Shown here piece by piece: positions 25,470-36,495 of a stretch of 64,000 nucleotides of DNA. A program made the position numbers and the translations under genes. The notes under the pieces are model-generated. The model was not told the DNA's origin. It worked only from the letters and a program-made list of their open reading frames with translations, and did not search any database. The number at the start of each line of letters is the position of its first letter. Position 1 is the stretch's first letter. This DNA comes from Tubiluchus corallicola (Eukaryota > Animalia > Priapulida). The stretch is from the NCBI GenBank assembly GCA_030141605.1, contig JAQGDQ010000426.1:135798-199797 (forward strand), in the 5' to 3' direction.

Positions 25470-26326
25470 TTATTCTTACTTACGCAATAAAGCTACTCAA
25501 ACATGAATTCTTATTACGTATTGAGTAACATGACTCTTATTCTTACTTAAAAAAGCTACTCAAACACGAATTCTTATTACGTATTAAGTAACATGACTCT
25601 TATTCTTACTTAAAAAAGCTACTCAAACACGAATTCTTATTACGTATTAAGTAACATGAAACTTATTCTTACTTAAAAAAGCTACTCAAACATGAATTCT
25701 TATTACGTATTAAGTAACATGAAACTTATTCTTACTTAAAAAAGCTACTCAAACATGAATTCTTATTACGTATTAAGTAACATGAAACTTATTCTTACTT
25801 ACGCAATAAAGCTACTCAAACATGAATTCTTATTACGTATTAAGTAACATGAAACTTATTCTTACTTAAAAAACTACTCAAACAGGAATTCTTATTACGT
25901 ATTAAGTAACATGGAACTTATTTTTACTTAAAAAAGCTACTCAAACACGAATTCTTATTACGTATTAAGTAACATGAAACTTATTCTTACTTAAAAAAGC
26001 TACTCAAACATGAATTCTTATTACGTATTAAGTAACATGAAACTTATACTTACTTACGCAATAAAGCTACTCAAACATGAATTCTTATTACGTATTAAGT
26101 AACATGAAACTTATTCTTACTTAAAAAAGCTACTCAAACACGAATTCTTTTTACGTATTGAGTAACATGAAACTTATTCTTATTAAAAAAGCTACTCAAA
26201 CACGAATTCTTGTTACGTATTGAGTAACATGAAACTTATTCTTACTCAAAAAAGCTACTCAAACATGAATTCTTATTACGTATTGAGTAACAGGAAACTT
26301 ATTCTTACTTAAAAAAGCTACTCAAT
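25470..26326. repeat. ~63-bp minisatellite, ~13 copies
   Basis: Unit AAAGCTACTCAAACATGAATTCTTATTACGTATTAAGTAACATGAAACTTATTCTTACTTAAA. Confidence 0.95.
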
Positions 26327-26663
26327 GAATATTTTGACTCTGGGCATCATGAAAGTAGTAATCTCCCCCAATTACGATGTTTGTAAACAACTGTAATGCT
26401 TAGAGATTATTGTTTGTCACTAGTTTTTCCAAATTCTACAATGAAATAAATAAACAAACTGGGAATTCGAACGAAATGGAAAAGCCTCAAGGGTTTTTGA
26501 ATGTAGGACAACGTATATTTATTTCGGATGTTAGAGAGAAGTTTCCACTTACACTTATGTAAATACGGATCTGTTAGAAAACACACACGGAAATTACGAA
26601 AACATTCTTACCTTACTGTTGTCGTCTCAGTATCACTGGAAGAAAAATAAAATAATCGGTTAC

Positions 26664-26901
26664 CTCTAAATCGGAGTGCCTCCACTTCCTTTATGCCTGC
26701 ATAAATCACAAGAACCAGTGGGGCGTCAGGTATTTCTACAACGTGGCCAAACTCTGCTACAGCATCTTCCAATAATTTGTTGCTCTTTTTGAAATCTGCT
26801 AGTTCGTGAAGAACCAATCCTTTGCCGAAATGCGCTCTCGGACTCTTAGGATGCGATCGAAGAATCTCGTCATATTTGTCTTTGGCGGCGTGGTACATGC
26901 C
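26664..26901 (-). CDS. ASPH: ASPH coding exon 3 (TPR)
   Basis: GMYHAAKDKYDEILRSHPKSPRAHFGKGLVLHELADFKKSNKLLEDAV...LRFR(G); matches ASPH P.SPRA.[YF]GK......LA....SN..L; phase 0 to 1. Confidence 0.95.
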
Positions 26902-27697
26902 CTGCGTTCATTAATTTACATTGTCACTCTTAAACAAGCAAATGTCCAGAGCACGCATTCGTAAATTTATCATATATGGTTATCATATACGGTTATTTTA
27001 CATACGTAGAAGGGGACTTTAGGAAATGATTGCACTTCCAACTTCCTGTGTACTGAAGAAACCGAAAAGAATAGATAAAAATCTATTGCACTGTGAAAAA
27101 GAGTATTTAGTTTTACATAAAGGAGATTTATCATACCTAATGCCTGATAATACGCAGCACTGACCATGAATGGCCATGAATGTCCACGCGTTCATAATGG
27201 TTTCTCATCGAAAATGCCGCCATTTCTTCAACAAATTAACTGATTTTTTTTATTTTTAGCACTAAAATGTCGAAAGGATTTAAAAAACACGTTAAATAAA
27301 AATCATTATAATGATTAGAATATTTTAAAAAATACATTAATATTTTAAGTATAGCTATCATTTCCTGATACCCCGTGTAATTTCTATTCCAACATTAGTG
27401 ATTAAATGGTGTCAAACATATAAAATGCCTAAGTTGCCAAAATATGTGTTAACTCACAGTGTGAACAAAACCAGAACGCCATTAATTATGATCTCCGATT
27501 CCAAAATGCAGGTCCCAGATCTACAATCTCAGGACACCAAAAGACTTTATCTTAAACCTTGATATTGAATAGGTAATGCTGTAGGCAACTGGTGATTATG
27601 AATGGCATTACAAAAGAAAAAATTGTTGGAAAACTGTGCGAGAAATGCTTGTCAAAGCTTTTTGATTACTGTGCCAGAAAGGCAAAGTTTGTTTTAC

Positions 27698-30510
27698 CTT
27701 GTGCAATAAGTCATCTGCCATGTCAAGGTCTTTACGAATCTTGCTGTCATATTCATTTGTGATGTCTTTATTTCTGTACTTCAGCCGCTTGCCAACTCCC
27801 AAATCTTGTTCCCTTTCAGCTGCTTCTCGTGCACTTACTAAGTTCAGGGCATCAAAATCTTCAGCTACTGTTGCATCACTGACAAAGCTATCAGATTCGT
27901 CTACGTCGCTTTGACCACCTTTACGAGCGTAGCCATGAGGTTGTGCTTTTTGGAGTGAATCTAGTATGCCATCGCCGTCAGCATCATCATCCAGGTAATC
28001 AGGAATTCCATCACCATCTGTGTCAATCTGCTTCCAGTCTGGAATTCCATCGCCATCCTTGTCTTGCAGCTTATCTGGAATGCCGTCACCATTTGCATCA
28101 TCGTCTAGATAATCTGGAATTCCATCGCGATCCGTATCAATTTGTTTCCAGTCTGGAATTCCGTCACCATCTTTGTCTTGTAGATGATCAGGTATGCCAT
28201 CGTTATTGTCATCGTCATCAAGATAATCCGGAATTCCATCACCGTCGGTATCAATTTGTTTCCAGTCTGGAATTCCATCACCATCTTTGTCTTGCAGGTG
28301 ATCAGGTATGCCATCATTGTTATCATCGTCATCCAAATAATCTGGAATTCCATCACCATCTGTATCTATCTGTTTCCAGTCTGGAATTCCATCACCATCT
28401 TTGTCTTGTAGGTGATCAGGTATGCCATCATTATTGTCGTCATCATCAAGATAATCTGGAATTCCATCACCATCTGTGTCGAGGTCTTTGTCTTCCTCAA
28501 TACTTGCAAGTTTTCTTTTTTTGAAACCACTTCCTTGTTTACTGTCTGGAATACCATCACCATCTGCATCATCATCCAAATAATCTGGAATTCCGTCCCC
28601 ATCTGTATCGACTTGCTTCCAATCTGGAATTCCATCACCATCTTTGTCCTGTAAGTGATCTGGTATTCCATCATTATTATCATCATCATCTAAATAATCT
28701 GGAATTCCATCACCATCTGTATCAATCTGTTTCCAGTCTGGAATTCCATCTCCATCTTTGTCCTGTAAATGATCTGGGATGCCATCATTGTTATCATCAT
28801 CATCTAGGTAATCTGGAATTCCATCTCCGTCAGTATCGATTTGTTTCCAGTCTGGAATTCCATCTCCATCTTTGTCCTGTAAATGATCTGGGATGCCATC
28901 ATTGTTATCATCATCATCTAGGTAATCTGGAATTCCGTCTCCATCAGTATCAATCTGCTTCCAGTCTGGAATTCCATCTCCATCTTTGTCTTGTAAATGA
29001 TCTGGGATGCCATCATTGTTATCATCATCATCTAGGTAATCTGGAATTCCGTCTCCATCAGTATCAATCTGCTTCCAGTCTGGAATTCCATCTCCATCTT
29101 TGTCTTGCAAGTGATCAGGTATGCCATCATTATTGTCATCATCATCTAGGTAATCAGGAATTCCATCACCATCTGTGTCAATCTGCTTCCAGTCTGGAAT
29201 TCCATCACCATCCTTGTCCTGCAACTTGTCTGGAATACCGTCACCATTTGCATCATCATCTAGGTAATCTGGGATTCCATCACCATCAGTGTCTATTTCT
29301 TGCCAGTCTGGAATTCCATCTCCATCTTTATCACCTTGTAGTCTATCTGGTATACCGTCGCCATCTGCATCATCATCAAGGTAGTCAGGAATACCATCAC
29401 CATCTGTATCAACCTGTTTCCAGTCTGGAATTCCATCACCATCTTTGTCTTGAAGATGATCAGGTATGCCATCATTGTTGTCGTCATCATCTAGATAATC
29501 TGGAATTCCATCACCGTCTGTATCAACTTGTTTCCAATCAGGAATTCCATCACCATCCTTATCCTGTAACTTGTCTGGAATACCATCTCCATTTGCATCA
29601 TCATCTAGGTAATCTGGGATCCCATCACCATCAGTGTCAATCTCCTGCCAGTCGGGAATTCCATCTCCATCTTTATCACCTTGTAGTCTATCTGGAATGC
29701 CATCGCCATCTGCATCATCATCAAGATAATCAGGAATGCCATCCCCATCAGTATCAATCTGTTTCCAGTCTGGAATTCCATCACCATCTTTATCTTGTAA
29801 ATGATCTGGGATACCATCATTGTTGTCGTCGTCATCTAGGTAGTCCGGAATTCCGTCACCATCAGTATCGATTTGTTTCCAATCTGGAATTCCATCTCCA
29901 TCTTTGTCCTGTAAATGATCTGGGATGCCATCATTGTTGTCGTCATCATCTAGGTAATCTGGAATTCCATCGCCATCAGTATCAATCTGTTTCCAGTCTG
30001 GAATTCCATCTCCATCTTTGTCCTGCAGATGATCAGGTATGCCATCATTATTGTCATCGTCATCTAGGTAATCTGGTATTCCGTCCCCATCAGTATCGAT
30101 TTGTTTCCAGTCTGGAATTCCATCTCCATCTTTGTCCTGTAAATGATCTGGGATGCCATCATTGTTATCATCATCATCAAGGTAATCAGGAATGCCATCA
30201 CCATCAGTATCGATTTGTTTCCAGTCTGGAATTCCATCTCCATCTTTGTCTTGCAAGTGATCAGGTATGCCGTCATTATTGTCATCATCGTCTAAGTAAT
30301 CTGGAATTCCATCACCGTCTGTGTCAATCTGCTTCCAGTCTGGAATTCCGTCACCATCTTTGTCCTGCAACTTGTCTGGAATGCCATCACCATTTGCGTC
30401 ATCATCTAAGTAATCTGGTATACCATCTCCATCGGTGTCGATATCATGTAATGCTTCCTTGTCTAGTAATGTTTGGCCACCTTTTTCAACTTTTTGTTTT
30501 GACGAATGTT
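27698..30510 (-). CDS. ASPH: ASPH coding exon 2: giant luminal exon with 22 x ~38-aa DxDxDG repeats plus start of the TPR region
   Basis: ttttag acceptor in phase 1 (EHSSKQK...); 2813 nt; ends ITNEYDSKIRKDLDMADDLLHK|gtaaaa, homologous to the N..D..I...LD.A..L.K.G segment that precedes the ASPH TPRs; in frame with exon 3. Confidence 0.92.
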
Positions 30511-30718
30511 CTAAAATAAAATGAGCACAATCAGTGCAAGAGGATATGCGCCCACATAATCCAATATAAGAACAAATGTAAAAAACTGTATCTCTATTTT
30601 TTTCAATTTCAATTACAACTTGAAAGACTTTATTAGATTGTGTTTGTAAGTGCTGCAGTGATTTTCTACAGGAAAAATATGGCATTAATCAGCAAAGGAA
30701 AACCTGTTCATTTCTCAC

Positions 30719-30827
30719 CTTGAACTGTTGCGTCTGTGTCTAAAACAAAGAAAAACACTCCACCGACCAGCAGTAGAAAGACAAAAAGTACACAAAATGT
30801 GAGTTTATTGGATCCTTTCCCTTCCAT
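30719..30827 (-). CDS. ASPH: ASPH coding exon 1 (type II membrane anchor)
   Basis: MEGKGSNKLTFCVLFVFLLLVGGVFFFVLDTDATVQ + G|GTGAGA; in-frame TGA 7 codons upstream of the ATG; an acceptor at 30860 implies an upstream 5'UTR exon. Confidence 0.88.
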
Positions 30828-30998
30828 TGTTAGCTGTGTTGAACCTCAGAAAAAACATTCTGCAATTAAAAAGTAGTACATCAGAACAGACCTTTGTAAG
30901 CATGATTCTTGTACACGATTTTTTTTACAAAATAATGCATACAAGAGAAACATAGTAAAGAAAGTAACGACGCATAATCGTATGGAAATTCACAATTT

Positions 30999-31290
<292 letters not shown>

Positions 31291-32879
31291 CTAATGTTTC
31301 AATTGCAACTCGCTAATGGTAGCTATATGTTTAGAAGGCTTAGAATCAATGATCTGCATTTATGATTTCATTCTGGCTTTTTAATCTGTATATCTGTATA
31401 CTATATACCTATTATATAGAAATACGGTAATGCAATTACATTGTAGATTCAGCTTTTGGTTCATAACCACAGTGAACAGAAGGAATGACAATGTAAAACC
31501 TCAAACAACACATCTTTTTGGTATGTTGTGGCTAACAGGTTGACCTTTCATCCTCACTAACTTTGGGGCCAAGGATTTTTTATCCAGGAGTCAAGGTAAA
31601 GGTCAAAAAATTGGGTCATCAACTGAAAATCATCAGACAGAGTGAATTTGAGCCTGAATTTGGGTTCTAGGCATTTTTTCTGATTAAAAATGCCTCTCCC
31701 ATGAATTTTCGTCCAGTAGGTATCGAGTTATGAATTTTTGAAAATTTCAGGCAAACGCGAAAGAGCGTGAAAAGTTTAAATTTAAAATTGTCATAACTTT
31801 TGAACTGGCGGTCCGATTGACCTGAAATTTTGAACATAAATTATTCTCATAGGACCCAATGACCCAGCGAAGTTTCATTAAAATCCGAGATGGTCGAGTG
31901 TAGATGATCAAAAATTTGATGGAATTGATATGGAGTGACCCAACCACCAACCACGTCAGTTATTTCAAGCCAATGGCAGTAGTGCGTTTAGCAGCAAACT
32001 TTCTAGTTAGGCAGGCGAACAGACAGTCTTGTCATTATATTACTGGCCAAAATGGTCACGCTAAAGCACGCCAGCAAGAGACTAGACATTTTATTTTTAC
32101 CTGGCAAAGTTAAAGCTATATTATTCATTGTTAGATTCATCAACATTTTGCCAATAAAATACATCTAAACTTGAACAATTTATGACAAAGTTTATAATGG
32201 ACTTGCACTGATGAGACAAAGACGTTATCAAGGATAGTTGATTACTACCATTACCTTGTCTGACAATTCTTTGTGTGCTATTGCCACCCTGTATTAGTTT
32301 TAAGAAAATAGTTGCTTTTGCCACATTACTGCATAACTTAAAAGTTCCTATAGGGATTCCAAATATTTGTACTGAGCAAGGAACAAGTCAGGTTTCCATT
32401 TTCTAAACAGTGAAACAAATCACTTGATAGCTTGAGGCTCGAACGAATTTACATATTTACTGTAATTTGAGGAGAGTTCCTGGAAATACTTCTGAGGCAA
32501 ATACTTCTGCAACTCATCTTTGCAAGCCATGTAAATCATAATCAAATTCACATACTATTGATGTAAATATTTTAAAAAAATGTACGCCTCTTGTGCAAGT
32601 GATTAAAAATAAATAAACTAAATCTTTACACTTTGCGGTGTGGTAGCAGCGCAACTATTACGACACGTGTGTATAGGAAACAAGGTTACCTACAGAGGGC
32701 AAAAGATATAACTTCATTTACATACAATTGCTGTTGCCTTTGGGTTTTGCGGTTGTTAACTAACGCTTAGACATTGTATTACAGTAACAACGCTGCATAC
32801 AGATCTTGTATTATCAGTAACAACGTATAAAATTTGTAAATAATTATTTAAACTTCCGCGCCGACAGTTAGGTGCAGCC

Positions 32880-33310
32880 ATTTTGAGGGTTAATCGATGA
32901 GTAACAAATTTAGTTAAATTCAGATTGCATAAAGTCCAAAAAAAGCAGAGTGTTCGTAGCGCACACGTCACTAACTAAGCAAACGAATAAGTTACTTTAT
33001 ATTGTCAATAAGGAATATAGCATGCTTTCTGGTCAGCCAGTGACGTTTTTTGGTGCACACAGGGATGGCGAGAGAGTAACGTTTTGCCAACAGGTTACCA
33101 AATCATTAACAAATTTAAGTGAATTCAGATTGGATAATGTCGAAAAAACAATCAGAGCGTTCGTATCGCACACGTCACAAACTAAGCAAATGAATAAGTT
33201 ACTTTATATTGTCAATATGAAAAATAACATGCTTTCTCGTGAGCCAGTGACGTTTCTGGTGTACACGGAAATGGCGAGAGAGTAACGTTTTGCCAACTGG
33301 TGCGACATCT
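32880..33310. repeat. ~215-bp degenerate tandem duplication (third diverged copy at ~34170-34400)
   Basis: Repeated ttcagattg..agagtgttcgtagcgcacacgtca..actaagcaaa..gccagtgacgttt..gagagtaacgttttgccaa blocks. Confidence 0.75.
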
Positions 33311-33380
33311 TAAATTAATAAGAATTTTCTTTATCACTTACATAGTTTTTTCTAACTGTGCGTGGAAAGTACTATAGGGC

Positions 33381-33720
33381 TATACTTTAAAATTCTGTTT
33401 TCTTCTCCTTTAATCTTTATGTTGCAAATTATAGCCGACTGCTGTTTTTAGGACATACTTTAAAATTCTGTTTGCTTCTCCTTTAATTTTTATGCTGCAA
33501 ATTATAGCCGACTGCTGTTTTTAGGACATACTTTAAAATTCTGTTTTCTTCTCCTTTAATTTTTATGCTGCAAATTATAGCCAACTGTTGTTTTTAAGGC
33601 ATACTTTAAAATTCTGTTTTCTTCTCCTTTAATTTTTATGCTGCAAATTATAGCCAACTGCTGTTTTTAGGGCATACTTTAAAATTCTGTTTTCTTCTCC
33701 TTTAATCTTTATGTTGCAAA
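33381..33720. repeat. 73-bp minisatellite, ~4.5 copies
   Basis: Unit atactttaaaattctgttttcttctcctttaatttttatgctgcaaattatagccaactgctgtttttagggc. Confidence 0.93.
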
Positions 33721-34661
33721 GTATTTATGAATCAGAGCACAGCAAAACAATTGTTGAATGGAAAAAGACTAAAAAAATTAACCATTCACAGCGTGAACTT
33801 AGATGAAAAGAAGAGTTAATCTACAATTCACACTAGAAGTTATTCATTCTACATAACAAAGTACTGCCGAACTTTTCTATGCACATCTCCTGAACATCTC
33901 CTTGAAAGAAAAGTGAAGTATTTCGTAAGAAATGTTGCGAAAATAAGCAGACAATTCCGAGCTTTTGCTACTTATGGCAGGGTTACAATAACCTGCTTAG
34001 CTATCAGTTCTTAAAGCACAAGAAAACCCCCCACTTACATAAAGCTTAAAAAATCCGTCTTGAAATTTTATACCACTAACATACTGCCTTTTTGCATATT
34101 AGGCTTTGCGTCGGCAATAACGCAGGATAAAACATGTAAATCTAAACTCCAGCGATGACCGTTAGACCAGCCATTTTGACGATATGTCATTTGAAACAAG
34201 TTAAAATCACATTGTGTGAAGTTTGAGAAAATAACCAGCGCATTTGTAGCGCACACGTCATTAAATAAATAAAATTTAAAATTACTGTATCTTGTCAATA
34301 AGAGTAAAAATACGTTTTTGGTTTGTGAGTGGTGCACCCTGGAGGGTGAGTCAGCGACATTTTACCAATTGGTGAAAACATTTTAGATAATTAATAATTT
34401 TTTCTAGTTACGTAAGTCTTTCAAGCAGGTAAGCGAAATACTAAGTTTGCATAGAAGGTTTTTTAAATGATAGTTTAACATTTACTTTTCTTCTTCTGAT
34501 TTACATTGGCATAGGTGACGTAATGGCGCGGTCGGAACAGTATTGCGGGAGATTTAAAATGAAAACAAATAAAAAATCCCTTTAACGCGAGTACCATATA
34601 CGCAAAAATTGCTATAAAGTAATATAATTTTTATCGCGGTTTTTCTGAAGCCTACTAGGTA

Positions 34662-35632
34662 CCGTAAAACGGGGTGAGTTCGCCACCCGAGGGTGAGTTC
34701 GCCACCCCTTACGTAAGGGCCATTGTAGGTTTGCTGTAACTATTGTTCAGTGTTTAATGAACAGATATCATGATCACCGTCATTATAAACAGTTTGCGAC
34801 AGTTATCTTTTTTCAATTCGCTCTAGAAGTACTCCATTCTGCGCTACATATTATTTGTCTACTATTTCTTGCTACTTAACATGCCACGCACCTACACCCC
34901 TGTACCGGGTCATAGATAACAATATTATACCCCAGAAGCTCTGGAAGCTGCCCTACATGCCGTCAAGAATACCAACAGGACAATCAGCGCAGCGGCGAGG
35001 CAATTCGGAGTTCCAAGAAAGACCCTTTCTGACAAACTCTCAGGTAGTCATCCGCTGAAGACCGGAGGTCAGCCAGTGTTCTCCGCCGCCGAGGAGCACG
35101 AAATCGCCAACACTCCAAGTGGCCGCTGAATGGGAGTTCCCAATGACTGCCATCGATCTCCGACTACTGATTAAGAGTGTTCTTGACGCGAAGGGAATCC
35201 GGGAACGACGATTCAAGGCAAACACCCCTGGAATAGACTTTGTCAAATCATTCGCCCGAAGGAACAATCTGGTTTTCAGAGCGGCTGGCAACATCAAGGG
35301 CGCCCGCGAAAAGATCAGTGCACAAGACGTTCAAGCCTTCCTTGCCAACGTAGAAGTTTCTATTTGAAAACTAAAACTAGACATTTTTCATAATTTTTTC
35401 ATAGGGTGGCGAACTCACCCCCAACCAGCCAATCACAACCAGTTAACTTCAGCTGCCTAGAATGGCATTAAAGAGTGTAAAATCGTTAATGGCGAATTCA
35501 CCCCACGATAGTGTTTCATTCGAAAGGCAATATAAAGCTTGAACTAAGAAAATTGGTTTGGTAATTCTCTTGCTATGGCAGGAAACGTAAAAAAATACCC
35601 CTAAAAAGTGGCGAACTCACCCCGTTTTACGG
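34662..35632 (+). mobile_element. Internally deleted pogo-like (Tc1/mariner superfamily) DNA transposon
   Basis: Perfect 25-bp TIR CCGTAAAACGGGGTGAGTTCGCCAC with TA TSD; a broken ORF from 34881 encodes HTH-psq (ALEAALHAVK..TISAAARQFGVPRKTLSD) plus CENP-B-type HTH (EEHEIA..FPMT..DLR..PGIDFVKSF); one stop, one frameshift, no DDE domain. Confidence 0.9.
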
Positions 35633-36070
35633 TACCTCTTTTCGTGTCCTTTAAGTTAGTCTGCAAATTCTTGTTCATCGAAAGTCTGTTGTTACGTATT
35701 ATTTACACTATTTATTCAGCCAGATAACAGGTTCAAGCATATCGTACATAAAATAAACACAAATTGTCCAGATGCCCAGTTAATAAAAAACAAACAGAAG
35801 TTCATGATTATACATAATTAGAGCTGTTTATCATTACATATACTTTTATGGAAGAATGATTTTCTCAGGGCATCGTCACTCTCATTCCTATAGATGCCAA
35901 CAGGTGGCTTAGAGTACTCCGTTTGCTACTCCAAATAAATCAAAATCGTAAATAATTACTGCTTCTCGTATTTACCCGGTGCAGAAGAGCCACTGGTCCC
36001 AGTTTTAGAACCGTAAAAACTGTTTCCCTAGTAACTACAGCAAAACCTGCATCAAAAAGAAACCTTTTAA

Positions 36071-36495
36071 CAGGGGCGTATTAACCAATAACCTGACTAG
36101 GCTATAGCCTAGGGCGCCAAAGTTTGAGGAGCGTCACATTTTAGAAAAAAATCCTGTTCTCTTCGGAAAATGTGTATACTTTCATATTCATGTAAAGGGC
36201 GTACTTTAGAATACACCACAGGCAATTACTGAGCGCAGCTTTATATGAGTGCCACATAACGAACAGGTGCAAGGTATTACACAACAAGCAGTTGCGCAGC
36301 ATACTTGAATATAAGTGTTACGCAAATACACGTAATTAATAATGATCTTGTAAAAATTAGCTTAATAGTGTTTCTAACACACCACAAGTAATTGTTTCAC
36401 ACGTTTATTACGTAAATAACCATAAATTCACAATAGAGATGAGCGGGACAGTACTACAGCAGCCTAGGGCGTCGTAAAGTTTTGATACGCCCCTG
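36071..36495. mobile_element. hAT-like MITE; its 5' part plus flank is locally duplicated at ~37046-37349
   Basis: Termini CAGGGGCGTAT / ATACGCCCCTG; imperfect flanking repeat CCT.TAA; second partial copy 1 kb downstream includes the upstream flank. Confidence 0.7.

Noticed and set aside
21061-26326. 32-bp and 63-bp arrays as possible CRISPR arrays
   Set aside because: Head-to-tail repeats with no unique spacers, inside eukaryotic introns, with no cas genes.
7626-30510. Calling either repeat gene a thrombospondin/COMP, or a bacterial contaminant
   Set aside because: No EGF, coiled-coil or C-terminal lectin domain and almost no Cys; both repeat exons are spliced into eukaryotic gene models.
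27943-30685. Antisense His-rich ORFs and the ORF-track N-terminus MPYFSCRK... of the 1025-aa ORF
   Set aside because: Shadow frames; the first ~58 codons are intron sequence upstream of the 30510 acceptor.
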